DNA of 64,000 bases from Psilocybe cubensis (Eukaryota): NCBI GenBank assembly GCA_017499595.2, contig CM039001.1, positions 62,001 to 126,000 on the forward strand, written 5' to 3'. Each line of letters opens with the position of its first letter. Positions within the stretch are counted from its first letter, which is position 1. Under the pieces are notes generated by a model, which saw only the letters and a program-made list of their open reading frames with translations, was not told the DNA's origin and did no database searches. This document shows positions 27,728 through 40,641 of the stretch, one piece after another. Position numbers and translations under genes: made by a program.

Positions 27728-27794
27728 TAGCCACTGAAGAGTCTATAAAGACGAAAGGGCTGGTTGTTGGGATCCCCCAACAGCCCTCTGGCTA
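27728..27794 (+). ncRNA. Type I hammerhead ribozyme
   Basis: Stem I tagcca/tggcta; core CUGAAGA (27734-40); stem II gtct/agac; GAAA (27753-56); stem III gggctg/cagccc; UC cleavage site (after 27788). All core nucleotides are present. Confidence 0.9.
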
Positions 27795-27860
27795 CTTTCC
27801 ATTTTAACTCACAGTTTAAACTAGTCGCTCGCACCTCGCTTCGCTCGGTGCTCGCTCCCC

Positions 27861-27902
27861 CCCTAAACCCTAAACCCTAAACCCTAAACCCTAAACCCTA
27901 AA
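27861..27902 (+). repeat. Interstitial telomeric tract (CCCTAAA)6
   Basis: Six perfect heptamer copies. Confidence 0.95.
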
Positions 27903-28149
27903 GCTCGACAAGGATGTTCTTAATCCTGACGACAACGCTAATACGGCGCATGATATTAACAACGCCTCGAACGATTCCCGCTCCGGTGGGTCTCTAGTAG
28001 GGCCGCGCGAAATTGTGTTGCCGGGCGAAGTCAACGATGCTCCGTCTCCCATGTCTATAAATCTTCACGCGGGAAGTGATGATCCCATGGAAGGCGATCT
28101 GGAGTACGTCGAACGTCAAGATGTCCTTCTCGATAACTTATTCAGATAA
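27901..28149 (+). mobile_element. 5'-truncated ORF tail capped by telomeric repeats, probably the 3' end of a Penelope-like element ORF
   Basis: Stop-free frame KLDKDVLNPDD...DLEYVERQDVLLDNLFR* begins at the telomeric tract. It is followed by ~580 bp of non-coding sequence and another CCCTAAA tract. The assignment rests on context only. Confidence 0.4.
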
Positions 28150-28726
28150 AGCAGCACACGCTTAGATGTGTAAAGGTCTACACATAGGCCTTCTGCGGCG
28201 TGTCTAAACTAGACGTTTAATGCTAAAACCTGGTAATTCCTCTTCTGTCGTCGTATGACTTCGTCGAGGTTCTGTCCTGCTAGTTTGGGAGTGTAATTAG
28301 ATTTCCCTTGGGGTCGCCCATCTAGTAAAGATCAGGTAGTACGCTGGAAACAGCTGGTCTGGGCCTTAGGGTATCCAGTCAGTGACTGCTCCAACGTCCC
28401 GATTCCGAAAGGACAAAGGTGGTTCGACTCGTGAACGAATGAAAATGCATTACTCTGATGGCTTGCCATAGCCGTAATGGATAAGTTCAGCACTCTTGCG
28501 TTATAATATTATTCCTAACGAAAACCTATATTTGTTTTCACAGGACTTACGGTCCAACCGCGCTCGTCGATGAGGGTATCGGCGAATATTCTTGGGAAGC
28601 GGTGTCCACATAACCAGTGGTAGAGAGTTTTTAACACATTCTAAAAAAACCCTAACCGTAAGTCGACTCGATTAATCTCGAGATACTTTGTTGTATTGAT
28701 TATTCGGCGGTTTTGGCTTTAGCTAA

Positions 28727-28767
28727 CCCTAAACCCTAAACCCTAAACCCTAAATGCCCTAACCCTA
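28727..28767 (+). repeat. Interstitial telomeric tract (CCCTAAA)4 plus degenerate units
   Basis: Four perfect heptamers at 28727-28754, then tgccctaacccta. Confidence 0.95.
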
Positions 28768-28996
28768 CTAGCGTGGTAGGGTTGTCACATGACGTGATGA
28801 GTCACGCGACCTAGTAAGTCACATGACTCGGCCGGCATTTCGGCGATCAAGCCGAAATTCAAGCGGAGTTTAAAATTCGGAGATATTACTAATCCTCGGA
28901 GAAATTTGCCAAACTTCGGAACAACAAAGGTGAAAACTCGCTCCGAGGTTTCTTTAACTTCGGACCTCGGATTAATATAGGTAAAATGGCTATATA

Positions 28997-29066
28997 TGGA
29001 CCTGATGAGCCTTATAAAAAGGCGAAAAAGTGGAAGGGAGCTTCTCCAAGCCCCCACTTTTGTCCA
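28997..29066 (+). ncRNA. Type I hammerhead ribozyme
   Basis: Stem I tggac/gtcca; CUGAUGA (29002-08); stem II gcctt/aaggc; GAAA (29024-27); stem III aagtgg/ccactt; UU cleavage site (after 29061). Confidence 0.85.
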
Positions 29067-29133
29067 CAAGCCTTAGGCCATCCAGCCTTTTCTAACCAAC
29101 TCGCAGCTCGCTTCGCTCGCTGCTCGTTGGGCA

Positions 29134-29155
29134 CCCTAAACCCTAAACCCTAACC
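29134..29155 (+). repeat. Interstitial telomeric tract
   Basis: ccctaaaccctaaaccctaacc, fused directly to the RT fragment. Confidence 0.9.
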
Positions 29156-29417
29156 TTGGCAAAATCAATGTAAAGAAGCATGTCAAGGAAAGGCTGAGCC
29201 TTTGAAGCGGACCATTCTATTACACAGCCGGCGAATGTTAAAGTCTTCATAATGTTTACGGCTTCTAGTTCTGAAGAAGCGTAAACAATTGCTAGACAAT
29301 CGTCGATGTACCTGCCATAGAAAGCTACGGACAGGTGATTCATAATTCCACTTGAGCGCTCAAAATGCCAGCCGTAGAGATTGGCTAGATTAGGCCAAGA
29401 CACGACTCCCATTGTTA
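29156..29417 (-). mobile_element. Penelope-like element (Coprina-type) reverse transcriptase fragment
   Basis: TMGVVSWPNLANLYG...FYGRYIDDCLAIV...IEWSASKAQPFLDM matches PLE RT motifs (MG..sP.lANly, RYIDD, FLD). It is truncated on both sides and adjoins telomeric repeats. Confidence 0.8.
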
Positions 29418-29830
29418 CTATTTTATAATTTTTTTGAATAGAGATTTTTATTTGGCTAACAATGTATATATATCTATTAATATTCCATATGCATATTAAT
29501 TTTGAAATGTATATTGCATAGTAACATATAAACAAACCATAATATATTTAGTATAGCACAAGTTTAAATAAGTAAGAAAGATGAATAATAAAATTTTTAA
29601 TTGAATATCTTCATAAAACAAATAACCGGAGACCAGAAAACAAGTAGTCATAGTTGATATAGGCAAATGAAAGGATGCAAAATGAGACAAAATGTATATA
29701 CTTGTAGTATATGTATCAAAAGAAAAACATATAAAATAATTATAGACATAGAAATAAGAATTGTTAACCAAAAGAAATGAAATTCACTTGCATAGCTTAA
29801 CATATTCAATGAATAACATAAAATATATTG
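29418..29830. other. Strongly AT-rich low-complexity segment
   Basis: Abrupt switch to A/T-dominated sequence at the RT fragment boundary. Confidence 0.7.
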
Positions 29831-31650
29831 ACGTGCGCACATACATACACATATCAAGGCCGGCAAGTCTCTGCTTCCGGATACATACCAGCACTCCGGG
29901 GCCCAATTGTCAAATGGACGATGCAAAGTTGGTGGTCAGACTATTGGGCTGTGGATTACTTGTACAATGAATGAGAAAGGGCCTTTGGGAGACAATGTAC
30001 GGCCAGCTGTGGCACCTCCCTGATGACAATATTGGTAGCAGCGGTGGTGGGACTGTGGTGACAAAAACATAGCGAGGTTGCGGAAATTGAGGAATCAGGA
30101 AAGGTGATGGTGGCGGCAATATTGGTGGTGGATTTAGAGCCTGACCCAACAAAATGAGAACCGATTGAACGACCGTGACTCACCATCTGGAAGCGGGCTG
30201 AATATTGCCAATACCAGGGCTCTCATCCACGTCCAGAACCCAATATCCAACAATGAATATTTGCGTACGACATTGATGAGCATAAATTCCCTAGCAAGGA
30301 GCGTAGTGTTGTTTGGTTCGTGAATGGCAGTAGCGGGTGATATTGAAGGCGGTGCGTGGGCATTGATTGCGCAAAAGTCAACAGTGTAATTTTTTGTTAG
30401 GAAGCGGTGATTGAGTTGGAAGAAGTGGAAGAGGGGGAGGTAAACGAGAACGAGGACTCAGGACTCACTTGGTGTGAATATAAAGTAGTGTACCCTCAAT
30501 TGTATTCACTTTGCGGGTTTGTTTGTGTTGTTTGCGAATGCCAAGGTCGTTCGGGGAAATGCGCAATCATAACGAGAGGTAAGACGGAGAGGAATAGGGA
30601 CCCAAACACCTGAGAGGGAAACACAGACAACGAGCGGCGGTGATACTGCCAATTTGAGGGACCAAGAACCAGTGGCGGCAGAGCCGTCAATGTACGGTGA
30701 TGCAAACACACCTTGTTCCTGCTCGCGGCTCCTCCCCTCCTTCCCTTCCAACGACGGTTCATTTACCCCATCTCATCTCTTTCCATTCTACTCTGTCTCC
30801 AGCTCGCTCTCCTTGCATCTCAAGTTGTCGTTAGTGGTAGTAGTGGAAGACGAAGAAGAGGCATCGCTTTGTTTGTTCTTGTTGTGCATATGGCGGAGGC
30901 AAAAATTGGCCTTGTGCACAGCGTTTCCTGCTTGACTTTTACCTCACACGTACATTTTCCCTCAAGCGCCGTGAGTTTAAAACAGCAGTTTTTTTAAAAC
31001 GTTAACCACAGCTGATAATGGGTAGACACCCATGGTTCCTCTCAGTGATATCCAGGACATGAATGCGCTGTTTGGCTCTTCGCTGCTCTTCGTCGTAAAT
31101 GGCAGCGCAGACGTCGCGATGGGCAGGAACAGGTTAAACGTTAAAAACCCGAACGCAAAGGGGTCTCCAAGCGCCACGGCCAGCCATAAGCGGGAGACAG
31201 GCTATATGGTCCAGTATTATTGTCAGGAACGTGGGTGTGTTGTGTCGCTAGAATAATGATTGTGGCTGAGACGGAGAAAGCTGAGTTCGTCAATCCATAT
31301 ATTCCAGGTATGGTGGGGCAATGCAAAGCAATTTAACGGCATGATTCGACATTAGTTCGTTGTCTATGACTCCCCATGGAACGTGAAATGGCTGGGGAGG
31401 ACGGATAAGCAGGTACGGCGGTTTACTACAATTCTTCTTCATAATCCATCGATCTTTCACACTGACAGGCGTACAAGGCGCGTTATCGGACAAACCCTTC
31501 ACACCCTTTCTACTACAATCGAAAAACGATGATGAGCTTTCACGCGCCGAGAGAGGTCCAAGTCGACATTAACACTGAACAGCACATCACGACGGCCCCG
31601 TCGCCCTCCGCAGGCCATCGCCCTCAAGCCGTTCAGATTGCGTAACACCG

Positions 31651-32790
31651 TTATTTGTCCTTTCCACCCCTTACCTCAGTCTCGTCGTCTCCAATCAAAG
31701 AACGAAACCATCCTCCCATCTGTCGCCTCAGTCGCTGCGTCAACATTGGTGTGACCATCCAAACTTGCGACGGACACTGTACTGCATTGGAATGAGGGTT
31801 AGCTAAGGTGTTGTGGATGGGACGAGCAAGAATGTCATCACGAATGTATTCTTTGCGAGACGTGGGTCTTTCCCTGAGGGATGATGGGGTGTATGATAAA
31901 CTCCTGGTCCGTTGCGCATTGCTTAGATACGATGGCACCATGTTATTAATGCTTTCACCCGCTTTTCTCTTCCTACGATGTGTCCCTTTCACCTGCACAC
32001 GACCCGCTCTATCCCCACAATACACACATCCCCACTCGCGCTCCTATTCGATGCTTTCTGGGAGCAGACCATGTAGTATCGACTTAAATCGTCGACGTCC
32101 GCTCATTTGACACGCCATGCACCACCCTTTTCGCACACCCGCAGTCACTACTGCTCCTTCCATACGTGGCATAAACCACCCCGCGTCTGTCACTGCGGAT
32201 TTCTTACCACAGTGGCTTAATACAGCCATGAAACGTGGCTTATTCTGCAGGTCGGAGAGCGCGAACTACGCAGGATTGGGCAGCCTGACAGAAGTTGTAG
32301 ACTTATTGGGATACTTAGACATGGAACCAGGGCTTTTCGCTCTTTTGAATTCTTTCCTTTTCCGGTTCTTCCTCGTTTACATCTGCCTCTTCTTCCGGCA
32401 CAACCACCCCGTCGTCCCTTGCCAACAGTCATCGCTATGGTCGTATATTCGCAATGGAATCCCCCGCCGACTGCATGCTCTGCAGAACCATCCCTTCTAC
32501 CCAGCTTCCACCCCTTGTAGCGACTCGTCGCCGAGCAGGGGCCTCGTGTCCATGTTTGTGTCTTCGTCATTGGGCATTGGTACGTGCACCTTGTAACCAA
32601 ACAAGAATAGGGTTACCGGTACGGATGCAAGACACAGACGCGGGCGACTTTGATGGTTAGTGGGGTACAAATACTTGATCCAGATGAAATCATGCCATGT
32701 GTCGCATCAAGTAGCAGAGTGCCATCGCAAGCGCGGGTGTGCGTGTAAAGGTATGTGTGCTCACCGAGGCATTCTTCGATGATCGCGCAT
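31651..32790 (-). pseudogene. Degenerate hypothetical protein gene with Cys motifs
   Basis: A long protein-like frame (GWFCRAC, GWCMAC, DDILARPIH) is interrupted by several stops. No family recognised. Confidence 0.3.
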
Positions 32791-35700
32791 ATGTATGAAC
32801 CGCGCTTCTGCGCCTGTGTTGCGGATCTCGGCTAAACAGAGTGTCAATGGTCTGGCTGGTGGTGAGTCCTTGATTCTCAACTTCGCCTTTCCTTTCATTA
32901 CGTTGCTGTTCCTCAAAGCCTACCCCGCTCGTCTCCGCTCGTCCTCGTTTCCTGTGGCACTTCATTCCCTATCACCTTATCATTCTCTTTTTGTTATCTT
33001 GTGCTCGTGTGTAATTATTGTATACATGTGTAGCCGAATATCTCAAACTGGTATCGTATCTTATGGTCCCATGGGCGGCTTCTATCGTATTCTCGTATTC
33101 TGTTTCCATACCAATACACACAGTAAGCCACACCTCTGCTTTCCCCGTCGTCGTTGTCTTTCTAGCTGTCCCATCTGCTGTACAGCATCTAACATTCTGT
33201 AGCAGGTCTCCTCTATACCGCTTAGGCATACCTACATCTATACTTGATCGTGCATATCATGTGCACCCCACTTTGAACGATTTTTCTCCGATTTTTAAGT
33301 CAAATGTCGTCGTTGACTGGGTTTGATGAGCTTTCTAATTCTTTCAATGAACCCCGCACGCCGCACCACACCTTTATTTCTCATCCCTACCGCCGTCGCC
33401 GTCGCCGTACCCATCCCCTTTGGTCCGCTGCTTTCATTGCCCATCTTCGGAGTCGTGGGGAGCATGGTATGTAAAGTCTACGTTTATTCTCAACAACAAC
33501 AGTGAGGTGGAAGGACGGCAAGGAATGTATTTGGCAAAGGAGAGGGACACGATGGCAATAAAATCAGAGGAAGCAGGTGTAAATGAACCGAACGAGGAGT
33601 AGCTCAATAACCTCGACGAACCGGGTGATTATGCTGAGCGTGTTGAGGAGCTCTGCAGCACGTTTGAATTGGCGGGTGGATAAGAGGTAGCCGCGGTGAT
33701 CCCAGTCGCCGCCCTCGTCGGCGAGTCTTGGTAGTTTTGGTTCAACGTCATTGGGATGAGGTTTTAGGGTTGGTTAGTACCTTAATTTTGCACAAAATCG
33801 AAGCGTCTGTAAGTTTCCTACAACCTTCTCTGCATCTTTTCTTGCAGTTTCCCTCGCATTGCCCCTCGATCAACGATGTGTGTGATGCTTCCCACCGTTG
33901 ATATTTGGGGCGCATGGTAATGTCATGCCATACTTACATGCCGCGGCACATAAAGGATGAGGCATAAATTCATCCCAGAAACGTTAACGGATACATTGAC
34001 GTATTTATTGGCGCAATGTATCCTCTAGTGCGTAATTCCCAAGAATCACATAGGTGTTGCGTCGACATACCGTGCCGAATTCTTCATAGCAGGTTACACA
34101 AAGCGTGCAAGCCGCCGCTTCGCCGGATACTAACCCACTCTTCTGCCACGCTGTTTTATCTCTTTCATCCTTCCGAATTCGTTTGATTCCCGCTACTTTA
34201 TCTTATATGATAGAAGAGAAAATCGTCAAAAGAATTAATTTAATCTGTATATACTAGCCAGAAAGCAAGTGTCCGTTTCGATGAAAGCTTGCGTCGGACG
34301 CTGTGGCGATGCTCTGTTTTGGGCGGAGCTTTAATGGCTTTGTGTCTCTGACACAGCGATTCCGTTTCAATCTCTCCGATGGGCAAAGAAGAAACCCTCT
34401 TGAACTTGGTAAGTACCTCAATTCTGCATATAATCGAAGCGTATTTATTCAGCCAGCAACCTGCTTTGTATCTTCTCTCATGCATTTCATTCCGCCGATT
34501 CACCTCCCATTCCCCTTCGATCGGCGATGTTGATATCCCACCTTCCTCCGCAGGCCGCATTTGTCGAAACACTGCTGTTCGAGTAAGTGGGACTCGCCTT
34601 GGAACCCTTCCACTTTCCTAATTTGATAAATCGTATACAACAACAGCGCTAGTAGGTCCGCACCTCCGACGCACCCCCGTCCACCTCTCATATAACTCCA
34701 TCGGCACTTGTGAACGCAGCTCGTACACCTCCACTTCAGGCAACCAGCCGGCATCACTAGCACATCCTCAATAACTCCTCCTGTCACACCCAACAACGAC
34801 GGAAACAGCACTGTGGCGGGACAATAGCTAACCTACTTCGTTATCACTCGGGATGACCCCAATCCGCCGCTACCTCACCACCACCATGCGACCGTCGATT
34901 TGGCTCTTCATTTTCATGGTTCATGGCGGTGTCAGGGTCGTGGTAGACAGTCTGAACCCGCTTCACAACGGTGCGTCGCATAGTACACCTGTATAACTAT
35001 CAGCGTGATACTCACTGTTTGTCTAGACGGTCCCACTTTTTCCTCGGATGTTGTCAACTAAGTGGCGAAGGTCTGTGACTGGAGGCCTAGAGAGCTGGAG
35101 CGGCATATATCTGGGTGTGTCAGTGTTTCCTAGCCCGTCAATATATGCGCTGGCCCTACTATACTTTCTCTATCGTTCGTTGCATTGGAACAGTCGAGCA
35201 TCTCGCCAGCGGGGTTGGTCAGTGATGGATGGGGAACCTAGCATGCAGCGGTGAGTCAGCGCCATATCTCTCGATGATGAGTAGTTTAAAATTGATTTGA
35301 TGTCGGCACAATCGCAGTGGAGTAGGGTGCGCTTCAACGAGAGGACTAGAGGGCGAGAACAGTCATTACACGGCTGTGTCAGTATCGAACAGGCTGCCAC
35401 TCTTAATATATTTCGCGTTGGAAGGGTATGTCGCATCAATGACACCGCAAGGCTAAAGCTCAAAGGCTTACCGTCACACAGAAAGAGTCCATCAGGGGGA
35501 GACTCATAGAGATGGCTTGAATTTGACGGGATAGCAGAGTCACAGGAAGCACAAGAGCCCGCGATGGCTATCCTTCTACCTGCAACGGAGTTAATGACGG
35601 CGACAATGTACTACGAGGAAGTCATCATCGAAGTCGTCATCTCTCAATCTCAGCAACGAGCAGATGCCGGCTTACTGGGGTTGGCTTGTTATGCCAAGAT

Positions 35701-37819
35701 CGAGAAGTGACGCGCACCAGGTGAAGACAAGACACGAGAGGGAGAGAGAGGATAGAGAGACGAGAGGATGACAAACCCAACAACGGTGCGTGGCTCTTCT
35801 ATACATTGTGTATCTGCCACGCATATCCGCCACATACTCTCCCTCATTTTCATTATCCACAACACCTCCACCGGCGTCCTACACCCTACTCCACCTCGTT
35901 ATTGCTGTTGAGGCACCACACAGTGCTAACATACACCCCAACCAGGCTCCCGCTCTACTCCATTGCGCTCCCCAGGACCTCCCCTGCTTGGTCCGCTTGC
36001 ACCTCGTCGAGAGTTAAGGACAGTTTTCCACCCGAAATGCTCCAGCGTCTCGAACGAGGATGGGTTCAGGGGGGGTATGGATGCCGAAGATCTGGGATTT
36101 GTTAATCCCGTAGAGAGGTGGAGCAGAAGCAGGAGGATTGACGATGGGGTTTGAAATGGATTATTTGCACAGGCGCGCGTGTGTGAGTGGGTGAATAACT
36201 TCAATCTAAGTAATCCTCTGCCTTTCTAGCTACTCACCCTTCGTTTAATTCGTTTTTTTTTAGGTCCATGCCGTCTTTGATGCACTGTTCCACTGATTTC
36301 CGCTCGTTTAACACGAGTTTCTGTATATTACCCAGCTCATAGGCCTCTCCAATTTAAGTTCAGGAATTTATAACATTGTCACATTGTACTGATACACTAT
36401 ACATTCGCAGACACCATACAAGGCTTTTATACTCGCCAGATTCTGACTTGTGCAACGGCGGATCTGTACTAGGAATGCCTCATGCAGCTGAGCTGAACTC
36501 CTTCGTTTCTTTCTCTTTGGCGGGGAAGTACTGCCCTAACCCACATTCAGGCTGCACACCGGCGGATGGGGAATGCTCTAGAGTGCCAGTCCCACTTTCC
36601 AGATGCGAATTTCGAAAATCTATCGCTGATACGTGGGCGATGGTATTGGACATGCCCATGTGACGTGGGCCATCTGAATTTGACGCAAGTCGGAGCACCA
36701 TGGTCGTTGGCGCGAACCCCTAATAGTGCACACATATATAAGTGCACAACAACCCACCAAGTTCTGTATGTGCGATTTGGTTCCTGTGGACCTTTCTCTT
36801 TGTCGTCACTGAGATCAAGGCGGTGGCTAATTAGAGTGTCATATGTAGGATTTTAGTTACCGATATATATAATCATTCTTATCACTAGAGTGCGCGTGTA
36901 GATCATGTTTCATCGTGGGCGCAGGTGTACCGTGCAGTGGTCGGGTATAGCATATAGAGTGAGGCCTTGAAATAAACTCTATTCGTCGCCACCTCATATT
37001 AATACCATCAGTTCTTGAAATTCCTGAGTCCATCCAACACAAATATCTTTCAAACCAGTTTTGATGATTTCTCGAGATGCGCTGGGAAGTCACCATATTC
37101 AGGTAAAACTTTTGAAATGGCTCCTCAATGATGTTGCATGCATTTACATATTATACAAAATAATGGTGATAGCAAATTCGATTTATGCATATTGAGGATA
37201 TGTTCTAGATCAACCTCTTGGACACCGAGACAAAATATTCCACGTTGATGGTGGTGCTATATTGTTTTCAAGATGCGGCGGCTATGATGATCAACATCCT
37301 CCCTCGACCTCCATGCCAAAAAGATCAAAACATGGATCTCGTTTTATGAAACCACAAATGGTTTATAATAGATTTAATAAATTAGTAATTTTTATACATC
37401 AACTTCAGGGTATTTTCATCATCTCTGGAGATCGATACTTCATCCCGATGATGAGGATAATGTAATTGAAAACTATATGCGTCTGATATCACCTCTCGGA
37501 ATAAATTTCATCGGTTTCTGTTTCTGAGTAACCTCCTGTTGGTTGTCATTTTGTGTCATACGTAGAGACATATGCATGCACGCCCATGTTATACTTGTAC
37601 TTAGTTTTTTCCGAGACATTTGATTTTGGGGGGATTCTGATCAAACCAATTTGCTGTTATACACTCATACAAGCCGATGTTTCAATAGAGGATTTGTAGC
37701 TACTATTTTAAGGAATACATGGTATCAGTTCACCACTGCGCAGAGGAATGTTATAAAGGGAGAGAATTCCAATGCTGATTTTGCATCCACCAAGGCTGGT
37801 TTCTCACCACACTTTTATC

Positions 37820-39123
37820 ATGGATACATCTGCCAATACACTGAAGCCACCAAGCTACCAGACAAATGAAATCAGTTCGAACCTAAATGGCTTGATGCTG
37901 TACAGTTTCTTAATGGGTGCTTATTCTCTGTCTTTGTTTAATTCCGAATAATCCTAATTGATCGGATAAATCTACAGGGGTGTATACCGTCGTTTACAGC
38001 GGGACGGTATACGTCTATTGTATGCTCCAAAGGCTTCTGGACTCAACTACTAACCAATTATTCAGTGTCGAGGACGATAAAAAATCCAGGCCGTTGCATC
38101 GTTTTGGCAACAATTTCAATTTTATTTATTCTCGCATTGACCAATGCAACACTCCTATGGTGGGCACTCCACCAGTCCCTCGCTGAGAAAGGGGTTACTC
38201 GCATTTCCCAATTTTTTTGGATGGTAAACCCAGCGACATGGTTTTCTGGATTGTCTAATTTTTTTCAGAACGCACCCATCGTGGTTTCAGATGGCCTCCT
38301 AGTTAGTGATATACAATCTTTTAACAGAACCAAATAAGAACCACCGACATATGGACTTAAATAGATTTGGCGATGTTATCACGTGTGGGGAAAATGCATG
38401 AAGGTTACAGGCGTCTTATGTTTTCTGATGGTCGCTGAATGCGGTATGTGTGATCCCTGGATTGGAATACTACTTGAGAAGATGATAAACCTTGACATAG
38501 CCTTATTGATTTTCGACCTCATTGCCTACTATACTCTAAACAGCGATCAAGTTGGCAAAGCGACCCTATCAGAGAACATCGACTTCCCATTGGCATTAAT
38601 ATCCATAGGTGCTACCGTGTGCACAACAGTGCTCATTGGATACAAGGTTTACATATCCTCATCTACAACCACATCGAGCCCGCACAAGACAATGCGCACG
38701 CGTTACTCCCGCATCGTGTCCACAGTCGCTGAGTCGTCCGCGGCAGAGTCACTCATCCTCATCCTATATTCTCTAGTGTTAATCGTCCCACCAATGCACT
38801 CTATCCTATCCATCTGGGGGGAATCATCAAACTATATCGAAGCTCTCAGTAGCATCTCCCCGGTATGTTGATTCCCTTTCGCACCTACACATCTTGCATC
38901 TTTGGCGCCCCGCTAACTCAACGCCTCGTCATGCCAATATCAGGGGTTCTTCCCGACAATAATGGTACTTAGGCTTGCGCTCAACAGATCAAGCACCACA
39001 AACTCATCTGGTATCACAACCTACAATACCGGGTTACAATCCGACAATTTTCATCAGAATAGCACTATCAGCAATACCAGCAGCACCGTCACACACACAG
39101 ACTGTACCGCAGGAGGTCCTTGA
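37820..39123 (+). CDS. Multi-pass (about 7 TM) membrane protein of an agaricomycete-expanded family, paralog A
   Basis: Six exons: SNLNGLMLYSFLMG / VYTVVYSGT / ...SDGLL / IWRCYHVWG / ...LIGYKV..AESSA / GFFPTIMVLRL; stop at 39121-39123. Confidence 0.75.
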
Positions 39124-39399
39124 GCCAAGTTACCCGAAGCCAGAGTACTTGTCAATTGGAAAGATAAAGACACTGACTGTCAACGTAATCATGAATTTCC
39201 ATCGCACATCCCGACCTGAGGTGTGCTTAAGCCCTCATTTAAGTGGCTGGTGCCAAAATGAGCGTGCAATCTTGCGGTATCTTGTATTATCAGTTTTTCT
39301 TACCCTACAATTTCATTATATAGGCTGTATGTAAAGTTTATACCTAGAGTGATGCTAGAAAATCTGTGTATTTCGCACATCCTATAAATCAACGAAGAG

Positions 39400-40641
39400 T
39401 CATCGTTGTTCAGAAGGGGCATCCGTTCCATCGTTACAACTTCTCCCACGTTGCGCGCTTGTACCAAGCCCCGATATTTGACTTAATGTGGGCATTGAAG
39501 GAGAATTAGATACTCCAGGAAGAGCGAGCCTCAATACCATAACTGTTGGCGCCAATCCCTGAAAAATATCTCAGTCTCTATGTACACAATACCAGACAAA
39601 ATCACATACCGAAACAACACCCGTCACCACATCAACATAGTACTTCACCTGCACCGCAGGCGACCACAGCGGATAAAACAGTGGGACAACAGTTGTCAGT
39701 GCGAACAAAAACAGAGCCAGCGCATACACCGCGGATGACTCGATGACGGTGTTTGCGATGCGGCCGTATCTTGTCACCGCAGACTGTCTGCCAATATCCT
39801 GCGCGGCACTGTGGATCTTGTATCCTATGAGAAATGTCGCTGTCACTGTTGTGCAGAGAGATACAAGGGACAGTGCGGTGGTGATATGATTTTCTAGCGC
39901 TGCTTTTGTGCTGCTCGTGAGAAATGGGGATGATGATTGATATACGGCGTTGACGATGGTCAGAGCTGAAATGTGTAAAATTAATTCCCCTGCGTATATG
40001 AAAATGATTATACAAACCTGACTCTGCCAGGAAAAGCAAAGATGGGATGACAACAATCCCCAGTGACCCTTGCCAAACGTGAAAGCACCTCCAGATCTGT
40101 AGGTTGTTTTTGGGTGATCAGCATTCTCCAACGCCTGTTTAACTTAAGATGATAAATACAGACCAATAATGTGTCTGACACAATAAATATGAGGTCCTGT
40201 AATAAGCTAATTGTTGTGCTGAACCATACTGGGTAGCCCAAGTCGCCCAATACATTGAGGTTCGTGTACTCCCGCTGACGACGAGAGACCATCCAAAATA
40301 ATACCACTGTATAATGAATCCAACAAATTGGAACACATATATCACTGATATTGTGGTCAAGACTATACGATGACTTCTATTAAACGGTTTTTTCAACCCT
40401 GAATTGTTCAGTGTTAGATTCTGCACTTCCATTATAATGACACGCACAATATGCATACGCCGTGCACATAAAGATGGCCGTATATATTCCTGGGTTGGTC
40501 AACCGTCAATTCTTGTCTGCGGATACTTTGACAAGAAGAACTACCCATTAAGAAATTGTAAAGCAAAGACGAGTTCAAGCTTCCGCTGATTGCATACTCT
40601 TGAACCCTTGCAGAGAATATCCAGTCAAATTTGGTCGACAT
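39400..40641 (-). pseudogene. Multi-pass membrane protein paralog B with an apparent 1-nt frameshift
   Basis: Same exon pattern (SLNSSLLYNFLMG, SDTLL, LIGYKI, IESSA, GLAPTVMVLRL). The reading frame shifts near 40240 between ...MYWAT and LGYPVWF..., which could be an assembly error. Confidence 0.65.

Noticed and set aside
28450..28480. Possible third hammerhead (ctgatggct...agccgtaa)
   Set aside because: Lacks the CUGANGA and GAAA core; it only forms a bulged hairpin.
29418..29535. N-terminal part of the 130-aa ORF as RT sequence
   Set aside because: It is AT-rich low-complexity read-through; RT similarity starts only at ~29417.
33758..33776. ggttttagggttggttag as a telomeric tract
   Set aside because: Only about one and a half units, compatible with chance.
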